Assembly (NCBI GenBank): GCA_019828565.1
Contig: JAHDYR010000064.1
Span: forward strand, 310,001 to 374,000
From: Carpediemonas membranifera BICM
Lineage: Eukaryota > Protista > Fornicata
Length of the DNA stretch: 64,000 nucleotides
Direction: 5' to 3'
Made by a program: the position numbers and the translations under genes. Below the pieces are notes generated by a model that did not search any database, was not told the origin of the DNA, and was given only the letters and a program-made list of their open reading frames with translations. Below, one piece after another: positions 9,601-19,258 of this stretch (position 1 is its first letter; the number at the start of each line of letters is the position of its first letter).

Positions 9601-12278
9601 GGTTCAGCAAGACTCTGGACGTACCCACTGCCCAGTACCCTGCTCGTGACGACAGGCAGGATTCCGCCACCAACCGAATAAGTTCGCTGACGGAGAGATT
9701 CCGGGGGATTCGGCAGCGGACGTTTATCATGACTTATGTCCTATTCGCCCTGCACCTATTGGCTCTTGTTCTTGCAGCAGTGATCATTGTTGACACTGCG
9801 GTCGCTCCATCTATCGTGCTCAGAGATCTCTATGCGCACTACGACACGAATACAGAGATCCACGTGACGTTTGACGAGTTGCTCGTGTCAAACCATGCCA
9901 AGGCGACCGCAGCTCTCGGGTTCGCCCAGAGTCTCGACTCGGCATGGGCCACTCAGTTTGAATCAATCATTCGAGAGCAACGTGTCATTGACACTGCTGA
10001 CTTCCTGGTCGCCAACGGACACGACAGAAGCGTCTCGTCCGTCATTACAGAAGCATACATCGGCCTGTTCCAGCTCGATCGTTGGGCCGCCATCTCCCTC
10101 TACCAGTCAGCCAACGTTGCCGGGTCGTCGCTGCCGACCTCAAGCCAGTGCTTCCTGTCCGGGATGGCGTACAACTACACTGCCGAGCCGACCCACCTGC
10201 TGCAGGCCCTGGTGTACAACAGCTCGAGGAGCCGCGGCTACTACTCCGACGCCGGAGCCGACGCCCTGCTGAGCTCCAACGACTCGCTCACTGTCGCTAG
10301 GAATATACTGGTCGATCCAGCGTATATCGAGATATCAGATCGGACCGATGCAGATCTTACTCTTGCACGCGATACACTCCTTGACACCAATTGGTCCGAT
10401 ATCGACTCCCTCAAGTCATACGCCGCACGCCTCCGCAACCTCTCCTCCGCATGTGCGACGGCAATCATCCCGCTCGCCCTGGTTATGCTAGTCCTCGCTA
10501 CGGCGATCACGCTCCTGAACCGACGTCTCGCCAACATTAACTCAGACATCGCCGAGGTGCAGGATTGGATTCTGAGCCGCCCCGAGGCTGTGAAGAAAGC
10601 GTGTCCAATCTCCCAACGGGCGCGAAACATGACGCTTGTGAAAATCGTGTGTCTTTTCGTGGTCACGTTGGTCATTATTGTCACCTGCCTGCACCTCATC
10701 CTGCTCCAGCTGAACCTGTTCGACCGAGTGTGGGCACATGACGTCAAATGCCTTGACAACGCCCAGTATTTCTACAGCAACGCCTCATTAGACGTCAGTA
10801 CGATGAAGGAACGGGTTGTGGCCATGCGGAGATACACCCAGTTCGCTGATGTCACGCTTGGGTACAAGGCGATGCTGGTTCTGGAGGGGTGGACCAGCGC
10901 TGTCGCTGGAATCAACAGCAGTATTGACGTGGTTTCGGACTTGGATTACTTCGATTACTCGACCTTCCTTGAGGACGCGAGAGAAGCGCTTGCGACTGCC
11001 ACCAACGCCTCAGCTTCCATTGAGCACATACTCCGCATCTCCTTCCAGCTGGCGACCGAGGCCGCCGGTCTGGCCACCAGCTTGCCCCTACCCCACTACA
11101 GCTACGACGCCAGCACGGAGGATGACGCCGCCGAGGACGCCCTGCACTACCCTGCCAGAGCTGGGCACATGTACAGCAGCGACACCGCGGACGGCCTCCT
11201 CGACGCTGACGTTCAGATGGAGATGGCGCGCCTGCTGCTCTTTGACGACAAGCTGGTCGACCTGGTTACCGAGTTCGACACCGCCGTCCGCGCCATCCGA
11301 GCAACGTTGAACACTGCCCTCGACGAGACTGTGTTTGAGTCTGATTCGGAGGACTGGCGACGCCTGATCATGTCGACCCTCGCCGCTTTTTTGATCGCAT
11401 CAACACTCGTCCTCGTTGCTTTCTCAACCCGTTTCCTCTACCCGCCCCGGCTGACATGGGCCCAGACGCAACGGATCAAAAGATCCTCGGAGACTCATAA
11501 GGACTTGAGAGTCGCCACTATACTCGCAGTGCTGCTGATTGGCGTGCTGCTCGTGGCAGCAACCGGGTCGGGCATTGTGGACGCCGTGCAGGCTAAGAAC
11601 TTTGAAACAGTCTCGGAGATCGTCACCCAACTCGTCTCTCTGTTTACCGTCGAGAACGGAGCCATTTACATGGCTACATCACCCAATGTAGCTCGGAGCG
11701 CGTCAGTGGCTGCTGAATCGGCCGTCTCTCTCCTCCAAACAGCCTCTGCCTCCGTCACGCAGAGCGAACGAGACTTCCTTCTTTACTCCCTTGTCCCAGA
11801 GACGACTTTCACCCAGACCTGCTTAAACTGCACCTTGGTCGACCCCAGCATGTCGTTCAACGACCTCCTCGCCATGGTCGCCGTAGCCGTGGGCGACATG
11901 GAGCCTGGCAGCACGTGCCTGACTACTGATGGTGTGGCGAACCCCGCCTTCTCTGTCATTCGTGAATCGGAGTACCCCCTCTCGAGCATGCTGTGGGACA
12001 AGCTCGACTCTGTTCAAGTCGCCAGCAACGCTATACGGTCCATAGGCCGGACCACCAGTGTTGTACTACTCGCAACGGCATTGGTCTCTCTACCTGTGAT
12101 CTACCGCATGCTCAAGCGGCACGTGTTTGCTGGGATCGTAGCCCAGGAGATGCTGGTGAAGTCCCTTCTCGCGATGGTGCCGGAAGCCAGTCTGAAGAGA
12201 TCCTACCTACTGCGGCTGCTCCACCAGCAGCTCGTGACGATGTCTAACGAGGACATTAACGCTGAATATGTTGAATAG
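6663..12278 (+). CDS. Large multi-pass membrane protein, TmcB/TmcC (tiny macrocysts)-like receptor
   Basis: N-terminal bundle of TM helices, TPR-like AERTFIWLLEYFPQRIPVIRMYADFLKNV segment, then several TM-flanked helical extracellular modules; 1871 aa ORF. Confidence 0.75.
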   Translation: MARGLLGADMWATMPSDGRISSSRGDVPSMSLADENFGPSTNGALPWIALRLTIAVRGQAYHFPPLLYTVGRVCSLYFLISFVIQRDDLLRKYLGLAFRIPIADGTFCNADTSDALIWAFFCSYGIFSAALLVMLAFGASLTPNGSLAGRAVISVHHLVSTVLFIPTVLLFFRIHELGGPLSEVSIVIDNIFGWVFTVFALVIIVSVSTVIRLTFFNFTHSNSVEHMTQLPSFLHALVPLQQALFVIGMYTIDDASTLLSQTLCVTAVGVLPVLFGLLLFIFPLHAHPGTMSADIALIVSPGIAGIAHLFGAAFILFPVALVLYFASYGIILARYSLLTFKFGFLLRPDRKEPDSAQISVPPGVFVCRSLFFYAFTHSCITGLSMAKIRQKRDRLDFLSFHDENNADAARISEIHRLSHVLQAVTDNADTRLGPTLSSRISLAIYEQYVKGNTDSAIFEIFKAFEHVRGPLDALPCIYLYSLYQNAENSRRNQHTGFDSAMLRRLHVKLKTVQRQVMQAKLAINTFWSILARDKVDILELHRVSEQIYAHATSAERTFIWLLEYFPQRIPVIRMYADFLKNVALAPDAAEKLELYADYLTNRDDPDKTEVAVDFRLEFEHKRVLRSRKREHRSPLATGLERTLRLSLTVIGIAITSMLLFQLTHFFTETKLRAVHCAAWEYAGRLTEADFLLQTVTKASLWPDLPVHPFDSEDAPILDRISQVKADTKKSVQAMYDAIQFPVLTWLWPELASMAADHDLAAINPDSTFDRPEALFATSSAQSVSLLDLATYFDEILENIVAGETVENYIAHYAHFNIEHAQLPRLNYIVSFIDEAMHTLFIFDTAVSCVAITIIVAAAVIAYPFVFRRPSSAVKQAQERNLNLFMRMDKGIAAMMARSTDLHKSAGYIPTTGELVTNRDQDRPRRLSVASVASDARTATSVVSIAGYAAAEYSANSETEFCSESGSETSESETSESETAGFSKTLDVPTAQYPARDDRQDSATNRISSLTERFRGIRQRTFIMTYVLFALHLLALVLAAVIIVDTAVAPSIVLRDLYAHYDTNTEIHVTFDELLVSNHAKATAALGFAQSLDSAWATQFESIIREQRVIDTADFLVANGHDRSVSSVITEAYIGLFQLDRWAAISLYQSANVAGSSLPTSSQCFLSGMAYNYTAEPTHLLQALVYNSSRSRGYYSDAGADALLSSNDSLTVARNILVDPAYIEISDRTDADLTLARDTLLDTNWSDIDSLKSYAARLRNLSSACATAIIPLALVMLVLATAITLLNRRLANINSDIAEVQDWILSRPEAVKKACPISQRARNMTLVKIVCLFVVTLVIIVTCLHLILLQLNLFDRVWAHDVKCLDNAQYFYSNASLDVSTMKERVVAMRRYTQFADVTLGYKAMLVLEGWTSAVAGINSSIDVVSDLDYFDYSTFLEDAREALATATNASASIEHILRISFQLATEAAGLATSLPLPHYSYDASTEDDAAEDALHYPARAGHMYSSDTADGLLDADVQMEMARLLLFDDKLVDLVTEFDTAVRAIRATLNTALDETVFESDSEDWRRLIMSTLAAFLIASTLVLVAFSTRFLYPPRLTWAQTQRIKRSSETHKDLRVATILAVLLIGVLLVAATGSGIVDAVQAKNFETVSEIVTQLVSLFTVENGAIYMATSPNVARSASVAAESAVSLLQTASASVTQSERDFLLYSLVPETTFTQTCLNCTLVDPSMSFNDLLAMVAVAVGDMEPGSTCLTTDGVANPAFSVIRESEYPLSSMLWDKLDSVQVASNAIRSIGRTTSVVLLATALVSLPVIYRMLKRHVFAGIVAQEMLVKSLLAMVPEASLKRSYLLRLLHQQLVTMSNEDINAEYVE

Positions 12279-12397
12279 CCTGCTCTCTTTTCCTGTACAT
12301 ACCGCCTTTGGGAAAGAGCTTCGCCGCCTTTATATCGCTGTAAATAGCTGCTTACTAGCACTGATTGCACTACTGACGTCATTTGGTAGTATGCCGC

Positions 12398-12715
12398 TCA
12401 CTTCTTCCGCACGAGGACCTCTCGCTCGTCCATGCGGCGTTTGTGGATCGCGATGAAGGGGCACATCCATTCAGAACAGGCGCAGTTGTCGCCAGACCAC
12501 TTGTACGCGCCGATACGGGCATTGCAGTGGGGACAGTAGATCTTTCCTTCGTCGTCGCCTGTCTCTTCCACCCAATCGGGGAGGACGTCGAAGAACCAAG
12601 AGCTGCACTGCCCACCGCGCTTGGGCTTATGTACTGAGACTTGTTCGCTGGAGAATAGCGGTTTCCTGCAAGAAGTGCACATGAAGAACGTCACCAACTG
12701 CTGTTCGTCCGCCAT
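12398..12715 (-). CDS. Stand-alone Yvh1/DUSP12-type zinc-binding domain protein (about 105 aa)
   Basis: CTSCRKPLF...H...CSSWF...W...GKIYCPHCNARIGAYKWSGDNCACSEWMCPFIAIHKRRMDE matches the DUSP12 C-terminal Zn domain; likely ATG at 12715. Confidence 0.85.
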   Translation of the reverse strand: MADEQQLVTFFMCTSCRKPLFSSEQVSVHKPKRGGQCSSWFFDVLPDWVEETGDDEGKIYCPHCNARIGAYKWSGDNCACSEWMCPFIAIHKRRMDEREVLVRKK

Positions 12716-12865
12716 TGCTTCGTTTCTTGCGAAAAATAAAATGAATGCTGATTGTCCGGCCTCATGGCCTGCTATGCGCGTATATGAGCCATCGGACCGG
12801 GTGGCTCTCCTTTCGGCCGAGCAAGACCTGCAAGAAAAAATCTTGCCTCTCAAAGCCTCAAAACG

Positions 12866-15640
12866 ATGATCATCGATGCTCATTCGACGTTCCCTGTGGA
12901 GAACTCTCGTGTGTGCTATTCTACAACGATCATTCCGACCATGAACAGCACACGAGTGCTCACAATCGACAGTGAGGGCGCCGTGCAGGAGTATCTGCTC
13001 AGTCCCCAGTCCTCCAACGACGACTGGAACTTCAATCCGACGAGAAAGTTCTATCCACGTAACAAGCTCGGTGTTCCGAATGTCTCAAAGACGCCTGGCA
13101 TGGTACACCTCGATACGATTGACCGAATGGCCATCATCCTCGAAGGCGAGGTTTCCATCGTTGATGAGAGCCTGACATATCTCAACGGCATCGCTATCCC
13201 AAACGCATCCATCTTAGAGCCGTTTGAAGTGTTCAGCGGCGGTAAGCCGAGACAGTACCTCGCCGTGATCGCTGGCCAGGGCAAGAAGGCGACGATGAGC
13301 ATCTTCCGCATACACTCAAACGGCGACAGCACCCTCAAGCACGACTATAAGCTGTCTGAACTTCCACTGGCCGCCTGTTCCTTCGGCGCCCAGGCGTTGA
13401 TGCTCGGTTACAGGGGACGCTACACTGTCTTCACAAACATCATCGATCCGTACAACCAGGAGACGGTCTGCTTCGACAAGCGCGTTCCTCCAGCCATGTG
13501 CGCTGTTGGAAACGAAATTCTCGTCTCCAGCGAAGAAGGTGCAACTTTTTTGAACATCTCGGGCAAGCCCAGTCGAGATGTCATCCTATCCACGGGTGAG
13601 AAGTCCGTAGCAATCACCTCGATGGTCTATATCGCCCCATATATCGCGATGTCGGTCGGAAGCAAGATCCGTATCTTCCTCGAACGGTCCGGGACGATGA
13701 TGCAAACTCTGAGAGGTGTTCCTGAGAACACGTATCTCACCGCCCTCGAGGAGAACGGCACCAAGTGCCCTGCTGGGATCATCGGTGTTACTCCTGCATC
13801 GGTCGCCTTTTACCTCGAGAAGCCTCGCAAGGAACAGCTCCAGGCACTCATCAAGGGAGGGTCGTACACTGACGCCCTCGACCTCATCCCGCACGTGGAA
13901 ATGCCACCCGAAGATGAGCGCCAGATCCGCCAGGAGATCGGAATGCTGCAGGGCGCAGAGCTCCTCCGCCGACGTGAGTTCCAGCAGGCCATGGATCTCT
14001 TCCTCGAGTGCGAGTGCGACCCCCAGGTGCCCATAGCGATGTTCAAGGGCTTCATGGACCAGGCTACGGCTCTAGACATCCTCCGCAAGGCCGGGCTCGG
14101 CGGTGTCGACCAGATTGAGGTTGACTCGAAGAGGAACGCTAACGTGGACGCCGAGGAGGCAAACAAGGCGCTAGAATGCTTCTCAACGTACCTGCAGCAC
14201 TACATTAGCCGTAACCAGGGCATCAAGGCCAAGCAGGAGGACCTAGCTCGGGTTGACACAGCGAAGTTTATGTCGACCGCAATGCGTATCACTGGATCCG
14301 ACAGACCCGAGGAGATCATCAGCATGCTGCGGTCCCAGATCGCCATGCCTGACCAGCGAGCAGACCTGGCCCTGGTCGAGCCAACGTTTATCTCACTCGA
14401 CCTTGACGACCTCGTTTGGGAGCTTTATTTCGCTAGAGGACACCATACGGCATACCTGGACAAGCTCCTGCCGCTCAAGGGCACCTCGTCTGCCGCGGAT
14501 ATCGATAGAGCGAGAGAGTACCTCTGTCACGTCGGCTCGGGACCCACTGAGGAAGCAAGAGCTGCCCTGAAGAGAGATGGCGCGGGTGACTCGCGCCTTG
14601 CCTCTTCCAGCGCGTACAGGAGCCTGCTGGCGACATACGGTGAACGTCTGATTGACCGTCTGCCCGAAGATGGTCCAGAGCGCGTCGACCAGATCCAGCG
14701 GCTGATTATGTCTGATCCTAACACGGGTGTGCACTTTAACAGCTACCCGCACGCACCGTTCAGGCCTGAAGACGTCCGTTCGCTGCTCAAGGTGAGGTCG
14801 GACCCGCAGTACGCATCCAGGAGCGATGTGTGGATGATGTACTTGAAGTTTATCACGAGCACGTTCAAGGACTGCGATGCTCGGTACCACACGGAGCTCG
14901 CCTGCTGTCTGGCGACCCAGTTCAGGGCGAGCGGGGGCACTGATAGCAAGCTGCATAAGGAGCTGGCCGACTTCCTCGATCATAGCACGAAGTACAGCGG
15001 CGCCGTTGTGGCCATGGAGATTGGCGATGGCCCAGAGTACAACGAGATCAGGATCAAACTGTCAGCCCAACGCGGGGCTCACGACGATGTCATCGACATC
15101 CTCGTGAACGGTCAGCGTGATATGGTCGCGGCCACAGACTATTGTGCAGCAACATACGACCCAGCCGACCCGGAAAAGAGGGATGTGTACGTCATTCTCG
15201 TCAAGAAGCTGTTCCAGATGTCGGATGAAACCCATGACGCTGATATCCGCAAGGAGGCCGTGCGCATCCTATCTCTCTTCTCAGATGGGTTCCAGCATCC
15301 TGGGGCTTTCAGTGCAGTTGTATCCTCGATGCCGCGAGACATGACCGTTGCTGAGATGCGTCCCTTCGTGCTCAAGGCCTTGTCGCAGTCCTTCTATGAG
15401 TCTAGAGCTTCAGCTCTCAAGCTCGGCCTCGAGAAGTCACGCCAACGAGCAGTCAAGTGCGAGCGATCGGACGCTAGGAAGCTGAAGCTGGAGATGACCG
15501 AGACAACCGCCTGCTCCAAGTGCGGCCGGCCACTTCTCTCAAGTCATGTCATGGTCGACTGGGCTTCTGGCGCGGTGTCTCACGTGTCGTGCGATGAGAC
15601 GGGGGCGCTGGACCAGGGGCCACCCGTGTACAGTCTATAA
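12866..15640 (+). CDS. Vps39/Vam6/TGFBRAP1-like HOPS/CORVET subunit
   Basis: N-terminal CNH-like propeller (APYIAM...), helical solenoid with YHTELA and HDDVIDILV...ATDYC, C-terminal CSKCGRPL...SHVSC zinc finger; alternative start 12941. Confidence 0.85.
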   Translation: MIIDAHSTFPVENSRVCYSTTIIPTMNSTRVLTIDSEGAVQEYLLSPQSSNDDWNFNPTRKFYPRNKLGVPNVSKTPGMVHLDTIDRMAIILEGEVSIVDESLTYLNGIAIPNASILEPFEVFSGGKPRQYLAVIAGQGKKATMSIFRIHSNGDSTLKHDYKLSELPLAACSFGAQALMLGYRGRYTVFTNIIDPYNQETVCFDKRVPPAMCAVGNEILVSSEEGATFLNISGKPSRDVILSTGEKSVAITSMVYIAPYIAMSVGSKIRIFLERSGTMMQTLRGVPENTYLTALEENGTKCPAGIIGVTPASVAFYLEKPRKEQLQALIKGGSYTDALDLIPHVEMPPEDERQIRQEIGMLQGAELLRRREFQQAMDLFLECECDPQVPIAMFKGFMDQATALDILRKAGLGGVDQIEVDSKRNANVDAEEANKALECFSTYLQHYISRNQGIKAKQEDLARVDTAKFMSTAMRITGSDRPEEIISMLRSQIAMPDQRADLALVEPTFISLDLDDLVWELYFARGHHTAYLDKLLPLKGTSSAADIDRAREYLCHVGSGPTEEARAALKRDGAGDSRLASSSAYRSLLATYGERLIDRLPEDGPERVDQIQRLIMSDPNTGVHFNSYPHAPFRPEDVRSLLKVRSDPQYASRSDVWMMYLKFITSTFKDCDARYHTELACCLATQFRASGGTDSKLHKELADFLDHSTKYSGAVVAMEIGDGPEYNEIRIKLSAQRGAHDDVIDILVNGQRDMVAATDYCAATYDPADPEKRDVYVILVKKLFQMSDETHDADIRKEAVRILSLFSDGFQHPGAFSAVVSSMPRDMTVAEMRPFVLKALSQSFYESRASALKLGLEKSRQRAVKCERSDARKLKLEMTETTACSKCGRPLLSSHVMVDWASGAVSHVSCDETGALDQGPPVYSL

Positions 15641-16286
15641 AGTACTATTAGAGAGGCGATGGTTTGGTTCATCTGTTGATTGATGAGCTGACTTGAGAGT
15701 TGGGCGAGTGGGTGAGGGTTTGTTGGCACGAGTAGAGTCGCGGAGAAGTCTCGGGGTGGCGGTTTATTACGTCATGTGGAAGGCGATTGATGAAGCTGAG
15801 CGTGTGCTCATCGTACTGGCGAGATAGACGGGTCTATCCAAAGACTCGACTCGTGAGTAATCGGATCCTGGATCCTGATGACGTCAACAGGATCACTACC
15901 CAAGTCTACTCTCTTCCCCACAAAAGAACCAAGAACTGATGTTCACAGACCACGAGTCGAAGCTGAGTCGGGTAGTTTGATCTGCCGAATCGGTGAGTCG
16001 GGTCAGCGCGCGCGAGAAGTAAAACGCTTTTGAAATGCCAGACAATATTCTTATAGACATTTCAATCATTGACAGTTTCAATTTGTGAAAGCGACAACTC
16101 TAATCTGTGGTCGACGACAAGTCGATATGGACGATGTCGTCTGCTCCAAGCCATGCCCAGCTGAACGTCGACTCAACTCTGCCACACTTGGATTTGAGCA
16201 GATGCTTCGACCTCGACTACCCCGGTGAATGCTATTCGTGTCTGCATAAAGCGCCCAAGCCTGGACGACCACCAAGACAATCATCA

Positions 16287-17912
16287 TTAGGCGCTCTTTT
16301 TACTGTTGTTGAACTCCTCGTACTGCGTCAGCAGCGCCTTATCCACGCTCGGCTCGACCTCCTCGATGACGACCTCGAAGTCGTCCATCGTGACCTTGCC
16401 GACCTGCTCGAGCAACGCCGACCGGTCCATACCGTCGCCGTCGACCATCTCCGTGATCTTTCCGATGCCGAACATCTCGACCGCCCGATCCATGGGCTTG
16501 ATGCATACGTTGCGGCAGATGACGTCGACGTCGGACCCCGAGTATCCGTCCAGTCGGGCTGCCAGGGCCTTGAAGTCGATGCCGTCGATGTCAGCGATGC
16601 TCCTGTCGTCCACAGCGCGCTGCATCTTCTTCCGCAGGATGTTCTCGACGTCCTCGACGGTGGGGAGCGGCACGTACACCCTTTTGTCGAAGCGCCGCAG
16701 CATGGCCGGTCTAATGTTCCAGGGGTAGTTCGTCGCCCCGATCAGCACCACAGGCTTGTCCCCCTGCGGCGTCAGGACGCCCTCCATCTGGGTCTGGAAC
16801 TCCGACACGGCCCGACGGGAGGCGTCGCCGCTGTCACCCCCGCCTGCGTTGTTGGAGATCAGAGCGTCGACTTCGTCGATGAAGATGACACTCGGTGCAT
16901 AGTGCCGCGCCATGGCGAAGAGCAGCTTGATGAGCTTCTCCGACTCGCCCCGGAACTTCGAAGTCAGGTCGGCCGAGGAGCAGATAAACATCGTGGCGTC
17001 CGACTGAGCAGCCACCGCCTTGGCCAGCAGTGTCTTACCAGTGCCGGGCGGGCCAAACATCAGCACACCTCTGAACGGGGTGACGCTGAGGCCGAGGAGT
17101 TTGGGCGCGAGGATCGGGTAGCACACGGCCTGCTCAATCGCCCGCTTGGCGTCCTTAGATCCGACAATGTCCTCCATCTTGACGTTGAGGCTGTCCTTCT
17201 GGTCAGGCCGGATCATGGTGCCCTCGATGACAGCTGCCATGGCCTGCTCGTCGGGGGAGCACCGGAACTCGCCAGGGCCCTCGTCAGTCGCCTCAGCCTT
17301 GACTTTGGACGCGATAGACCCCTTATCGCGGCCTCTCGCCAGTTCGTTACCGCGGAGCTCAGGCTGACTGGCACGTCCGGCCCTGTGCGCGGGTCTCGAG
17401 AGCGGGGGCCTGGAGGCTGGCGAGGCTGACCTCTTGCTATCCTCTCGGCGCTCTTTTCCGACACTGTACGCCCGTGGGGGTCGGGCAGGGGGCTTTGTCT
17501 GCTTGACCGGCTTCGGCTGTTGCTTCAGTGGCTTGACTCGCGGTCTGGCAGTGTTGACTGCCACGCGCTGGTTAGGGCGCCTGGCCGGTTTTGCAAAGGA
17601 TTGCGGCGATGCACGGTGGGGCGGCTGATTGAGGGCGGCATCTGCGCTCGTGGGACGCTTGGGTTTGTCAGAGAAAATGTGCGCGTAGCTCTGAAGCTCC
17701 TGGACAAGAGATATGTGCTTCGATACTTCACCTCTTAGCATCTTGAGCTTCTCAAGGTCATCGCCAGTCAGCGCATGCGTATCAGTGGTTGAGACCGCCG
17801 CAATTCGCGCATTTACGGCGTTGTAGAACGTAAGCGCCGAATCGAAGTTGGCTACGTCAACAGCTTGGTTTCCGAGGTCTAGGTCGCGAATAATTTCGTC
17901 AATTGCTCTCAT
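16287..17912 (-). CDS. KATNA1: Katanin p60-like microtubule-severing AAA ATPase
   Basis: N-terminal MIT-like ANFDSALTFY, Walker A GPPGTGKT, pore loop LTSKFRGESEKL, Walker B IFIDEVD, SRH ATNYPW...RRFDKR. Confidence 0.88.
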   Translation of the reverse strand: MRAIDEIIRDLDLGNQAVDVANFDSALTFYNAVNARIAAVSTTDTHALTGDDLEKLKMLRGEVSKHISLVQELQSYAHIFSDKPKRPTSADAALNQPPHRASPQSFAKPARRPNQRVAVNTARPRVKPLKQQPKPVKQTKPPARPPRAYSVGKERREDSKRSASPASRPPLSRPAHRAGRASQPELRGNELARGRDKGSIASKVKAEATDEGPGEFRCSPDEQAMAAVIEGTMIRPDQKDSLNVKMEDIVGSKDAKRAIEQAVCYPILAPKLLGLSVTPFRGVLMFGPPGTGKTLLAKAVAAQSDATMFICSSADLTSKFRGESEKLIKLLFAMARHYAPSVIFIDEVDALISNNAGGGDSGDASRRAVSEFQTQMEGVLTPQGDKPVVLIGATNYPWNIRPAMLRRFDKRVYVPLPTVEDVENILRKKMQRAVDDRSIADIDGIDFKALAARLDGYSGSDVDVICRNVCIKPMDRAVEMFGIGKITEMVDGDGMDRSALLEQVGKVTMDDFEVVIEEVEPSVDKALLTQYEEFNNSKKSA

Positions 17913-18243
17913 TTGTTAATCGTTCGGTGTTGTGTCGAGATGCCCGTAAATCACGTAAATAGGCTGCGTCACCACTCCGGGGTACTAGGCGCCATACATT
18001 GCATCGCATACATCCTTTATTTCTCCTTTGGCCGTGAGCAAGCGCAACCCAGAAAATCTCAAAGAAATTTGTAAAGCAGGGTCGACAAAAGAGAATGGCA
18101 TACACTTGTACTGGGAGTACCATGCACGTATAGACCGGCTTTTGCGAGGTCCTCGATGGTTTATGAAGTCATCATTCGTTTTGGCCACAAACCACGGCGC
18201 CTGCAATTGCAGTTGCTAAACGCGTCCGCCGTTTCTTTAACTC

Positions 18244-18891
18244 ATGAGGCAACCTAATCAGTGCAATACCAATGGTATTTGCAAGAAACCGACGCTTTTC
18301 TTCCTTGACTGGGATGATACTATTCTTTGCTCGTCTTATCTCCAGAAGGCGAACATTGAGCCCTTCAATGGAACGATTCCCGCTCATGTTCAGGAAGAAC
18401 TAGCTATCCTCGAGGACCGTGTGATCGAGCTGCTCACCATTGCTCAGCAAAGCCCCGATGTGAGCGTTGCCATCGTCACCAACTCCACTAAGGGCTGGGT
18501 TGAGTCCACCGCCTACCACCTGATGCCCAGCGTCTTTGCCCTGCTTGACGACGTGACGATTGTGTCAGCCCGCAACATGTACGAGGCCCGCTACCCCATG
18601 AACCCCAGCCTGTGGAAGTACTGTGCCTTCTGTGCCATCATCAAGGGCCTCAACACCACCAGCTGCCAGGTGCTCAGCCTTGGAGACTCCGAGGACGAAC
18701 GCGTGGCTGCCCTGGCCCTGTCCAACCCCAAGTCCCCGATCCCCGTGACCCTGCCCGAGATTACTGTTAAGAGCATCAAGCTCGCTGCCCAAAGCAGCCC
18801 CAAGGACCTCTGCGGGCAGCTTGGGAAGGTGTGCGCGAACCTGTCGACCCTGCTCTCCGAGGACATGCCTCTCGACCTCCGTATGGCCTAA
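18244..18891 (+). CDS. HAD-superfamily hydrolase-like protein
   Basis: Motif I FLDWDDT, motif II IVTNS, motif III WKY, motif IV SLGDSEDE. Confidence 0.8.
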   Translation: MRQPNQCNTNGICKKPTLFFLDWDDTILCSSYLQKANIEPFNGTIPAHVQEELAILEDRVIELLTIAQQSPDVSVAIVTNSTKGWVESTAYHLMPSVFALLDDVTIVSARNMYEARYPMNPSLWKYCAFCAIIKGLNTTSCQVLSLGDSEDERVAALALSNPKSPIPVTLPEITVKSIKLAAQSSPKDLCGQLGKVCANLSTLLSEDMPLDLRMA

Positions 18892-19258
18892 CAACGTCTT
18901 TCACTCAACGATGCAACCATCAGTAAACCATATTATCGGCTACGTCCACCCATATCCGTCACCGTTTATATATCCATCACCCAGACCGTGGTCTCGTCTT
19001 GATGATCAGCCTCGCCAGGGTCTAACCAATCAACAGCGCACCAGGGTCTGTTACTCCCGTCTCGCACCAACACACACACTTACTCGCATCGCGCCCGGCA
19101 ATCTGTTCAAATCGAGGAGGGTTAGAAGGAGGGGTCAATCGCCCCCTTGGAGGCGTTATAGACCCGGCAGTTACCCTCAGCGAGTGCGATGGCCCATATC
19201 CATGATTTCTGAAAGATTTGGTCCAGATTTCCCCCCAGTTTTGCAAACGAGGTTGTTA

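Noticed and set aside
18821-19258. N-terminal extension of the second TmcB-like ORF
   Set aside because: Non-ATG start overlapping the HAD gene; the sequence looks intergenic
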